A stretch of 23,254 nt of DNA. Source: Paraspadella gotoi. Taxonomy: Eukaryota > Animalia > Chaetognatha. Positions 22,853 to 23,254 of this stretch are shown in pieces (positions within the stretch are counted from its first letter, which is position 1; every line of letters starts with the position of its first letter). The stretch is taken from the NCBI GenBank assembly GCA_051294375.1, contig CM119268.1:6494893-6518146 (forward strand), written 5' to 3'. Below the pieces are notes generated by a model that saw nothing but the letters and a program-made list of their open reading frames with translations, did no database searches and had not been told where the DNA came from. The position numbers and the translations under genes are program-made.

Positions 22853-23254
22853 GACAAAAGCGGAAAGACGAATGAGGATTTTGAAAAAAAAAAGGCGACG
22901 GAGGCGAAAACATCGAATAAACAAAACAGAAAAAACAAAAAACAAAACGGATTCATGGTTTGAATTTGAGAAACGAGAAGAGAAATAAAAAACGCGAGAA
23001 GAATTATTACGACGACGAAGTTTTTTTCTTCTTTTTCGATAATAATATTTATTTTTAAACAATTCTAACGCTAACAAAAATTAAACTGAATAAGGTTATC
23101 ATAGGAATGATAAATATGTTATTCACTAAATCAACTAGTTTTTAAAACAATTTCTTGATAGATCCCGGGCCGTTTGTTCAACATTTTTTTTCCTTTGAGA
23201 CATTTTAAACCTTGTTCCCTCATATGAGTTAGTAAATACGCGACACATTTCACT

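Larger units (their letters stand above)
19653..23065. repeat. Large imperfect inverted repeat 2 (noisy minus copy of Y ~19653-21506; plus copy from ~21578); probable unsplit PacBio subread
   Basis: gaattgtttaaaa ~19661 with ttttaaacaattc ~23053; ttttcgcctccgtcgc ~19883 with gcgacggaggcgaaaa ~22895; aacatcttc...ccatgttttggg ~20389 with ccaaacatggatgaagatgtt ~22510; taattgtcttcgcccatcgt ~20768 with acgatgggcgaaagacaatta ~22193. The GA tract at 21210-21505 mirrors the CT tract at 21580-21850. Confidence 0.93.

Noticed and set aside
22569-23077. ORFs of 112-165 aa here and at 17557-17970
   Set aside because: They are low-complexity translations (FRRHRRC, SSSLF) of the ACG-rich subrepeats and are open in several frames at once.

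Overview
This window looks like eukaryotic, non-genic, repeat-rich DNA (CpG-rich, many GA/CT tracts, probably invertebrate; the taxon cannot be fixed from the sequence). It comes from a low-quality scaffold apparently patched with raw, indel-rich long reads. I find no credible intact protein-coding gene, RNA gene or CRISPR array; most ORF-track hits are microsatellite or low-complexity read-throughs. The main structure is two multi-kilobase imperfect inverted repeats (6499-11951 and 19653-23065). Each folds back on a degraded match to the PacBio SMRTbell adapter, so they are most likely unsplit subreads and not biology. There are three exactly 25-N gaps (two with sequence duplicated across them), two larger gaps and several noisy direct duplications. 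The plausibly biological content is: (i) a heavily frameshifted non-LTR retrotransposon on the minus strand (~9.5-14.0 kb) with gag-like CCHC knuckles followed by APE/RT-like motif remnants, R1/Jockey-type; (ii) a ~630 bp adapter-free AT-rich foldback/MITE-like element; (iii) a ~58 bp minisatellite; (iv) a perfect 15 bp hairpin with clustered E-boxes; (v) a ~1.4 kb repeat unit with internal ACG-rich subrepeats. I see no supportable novel biological system. All alignments were done by eye.
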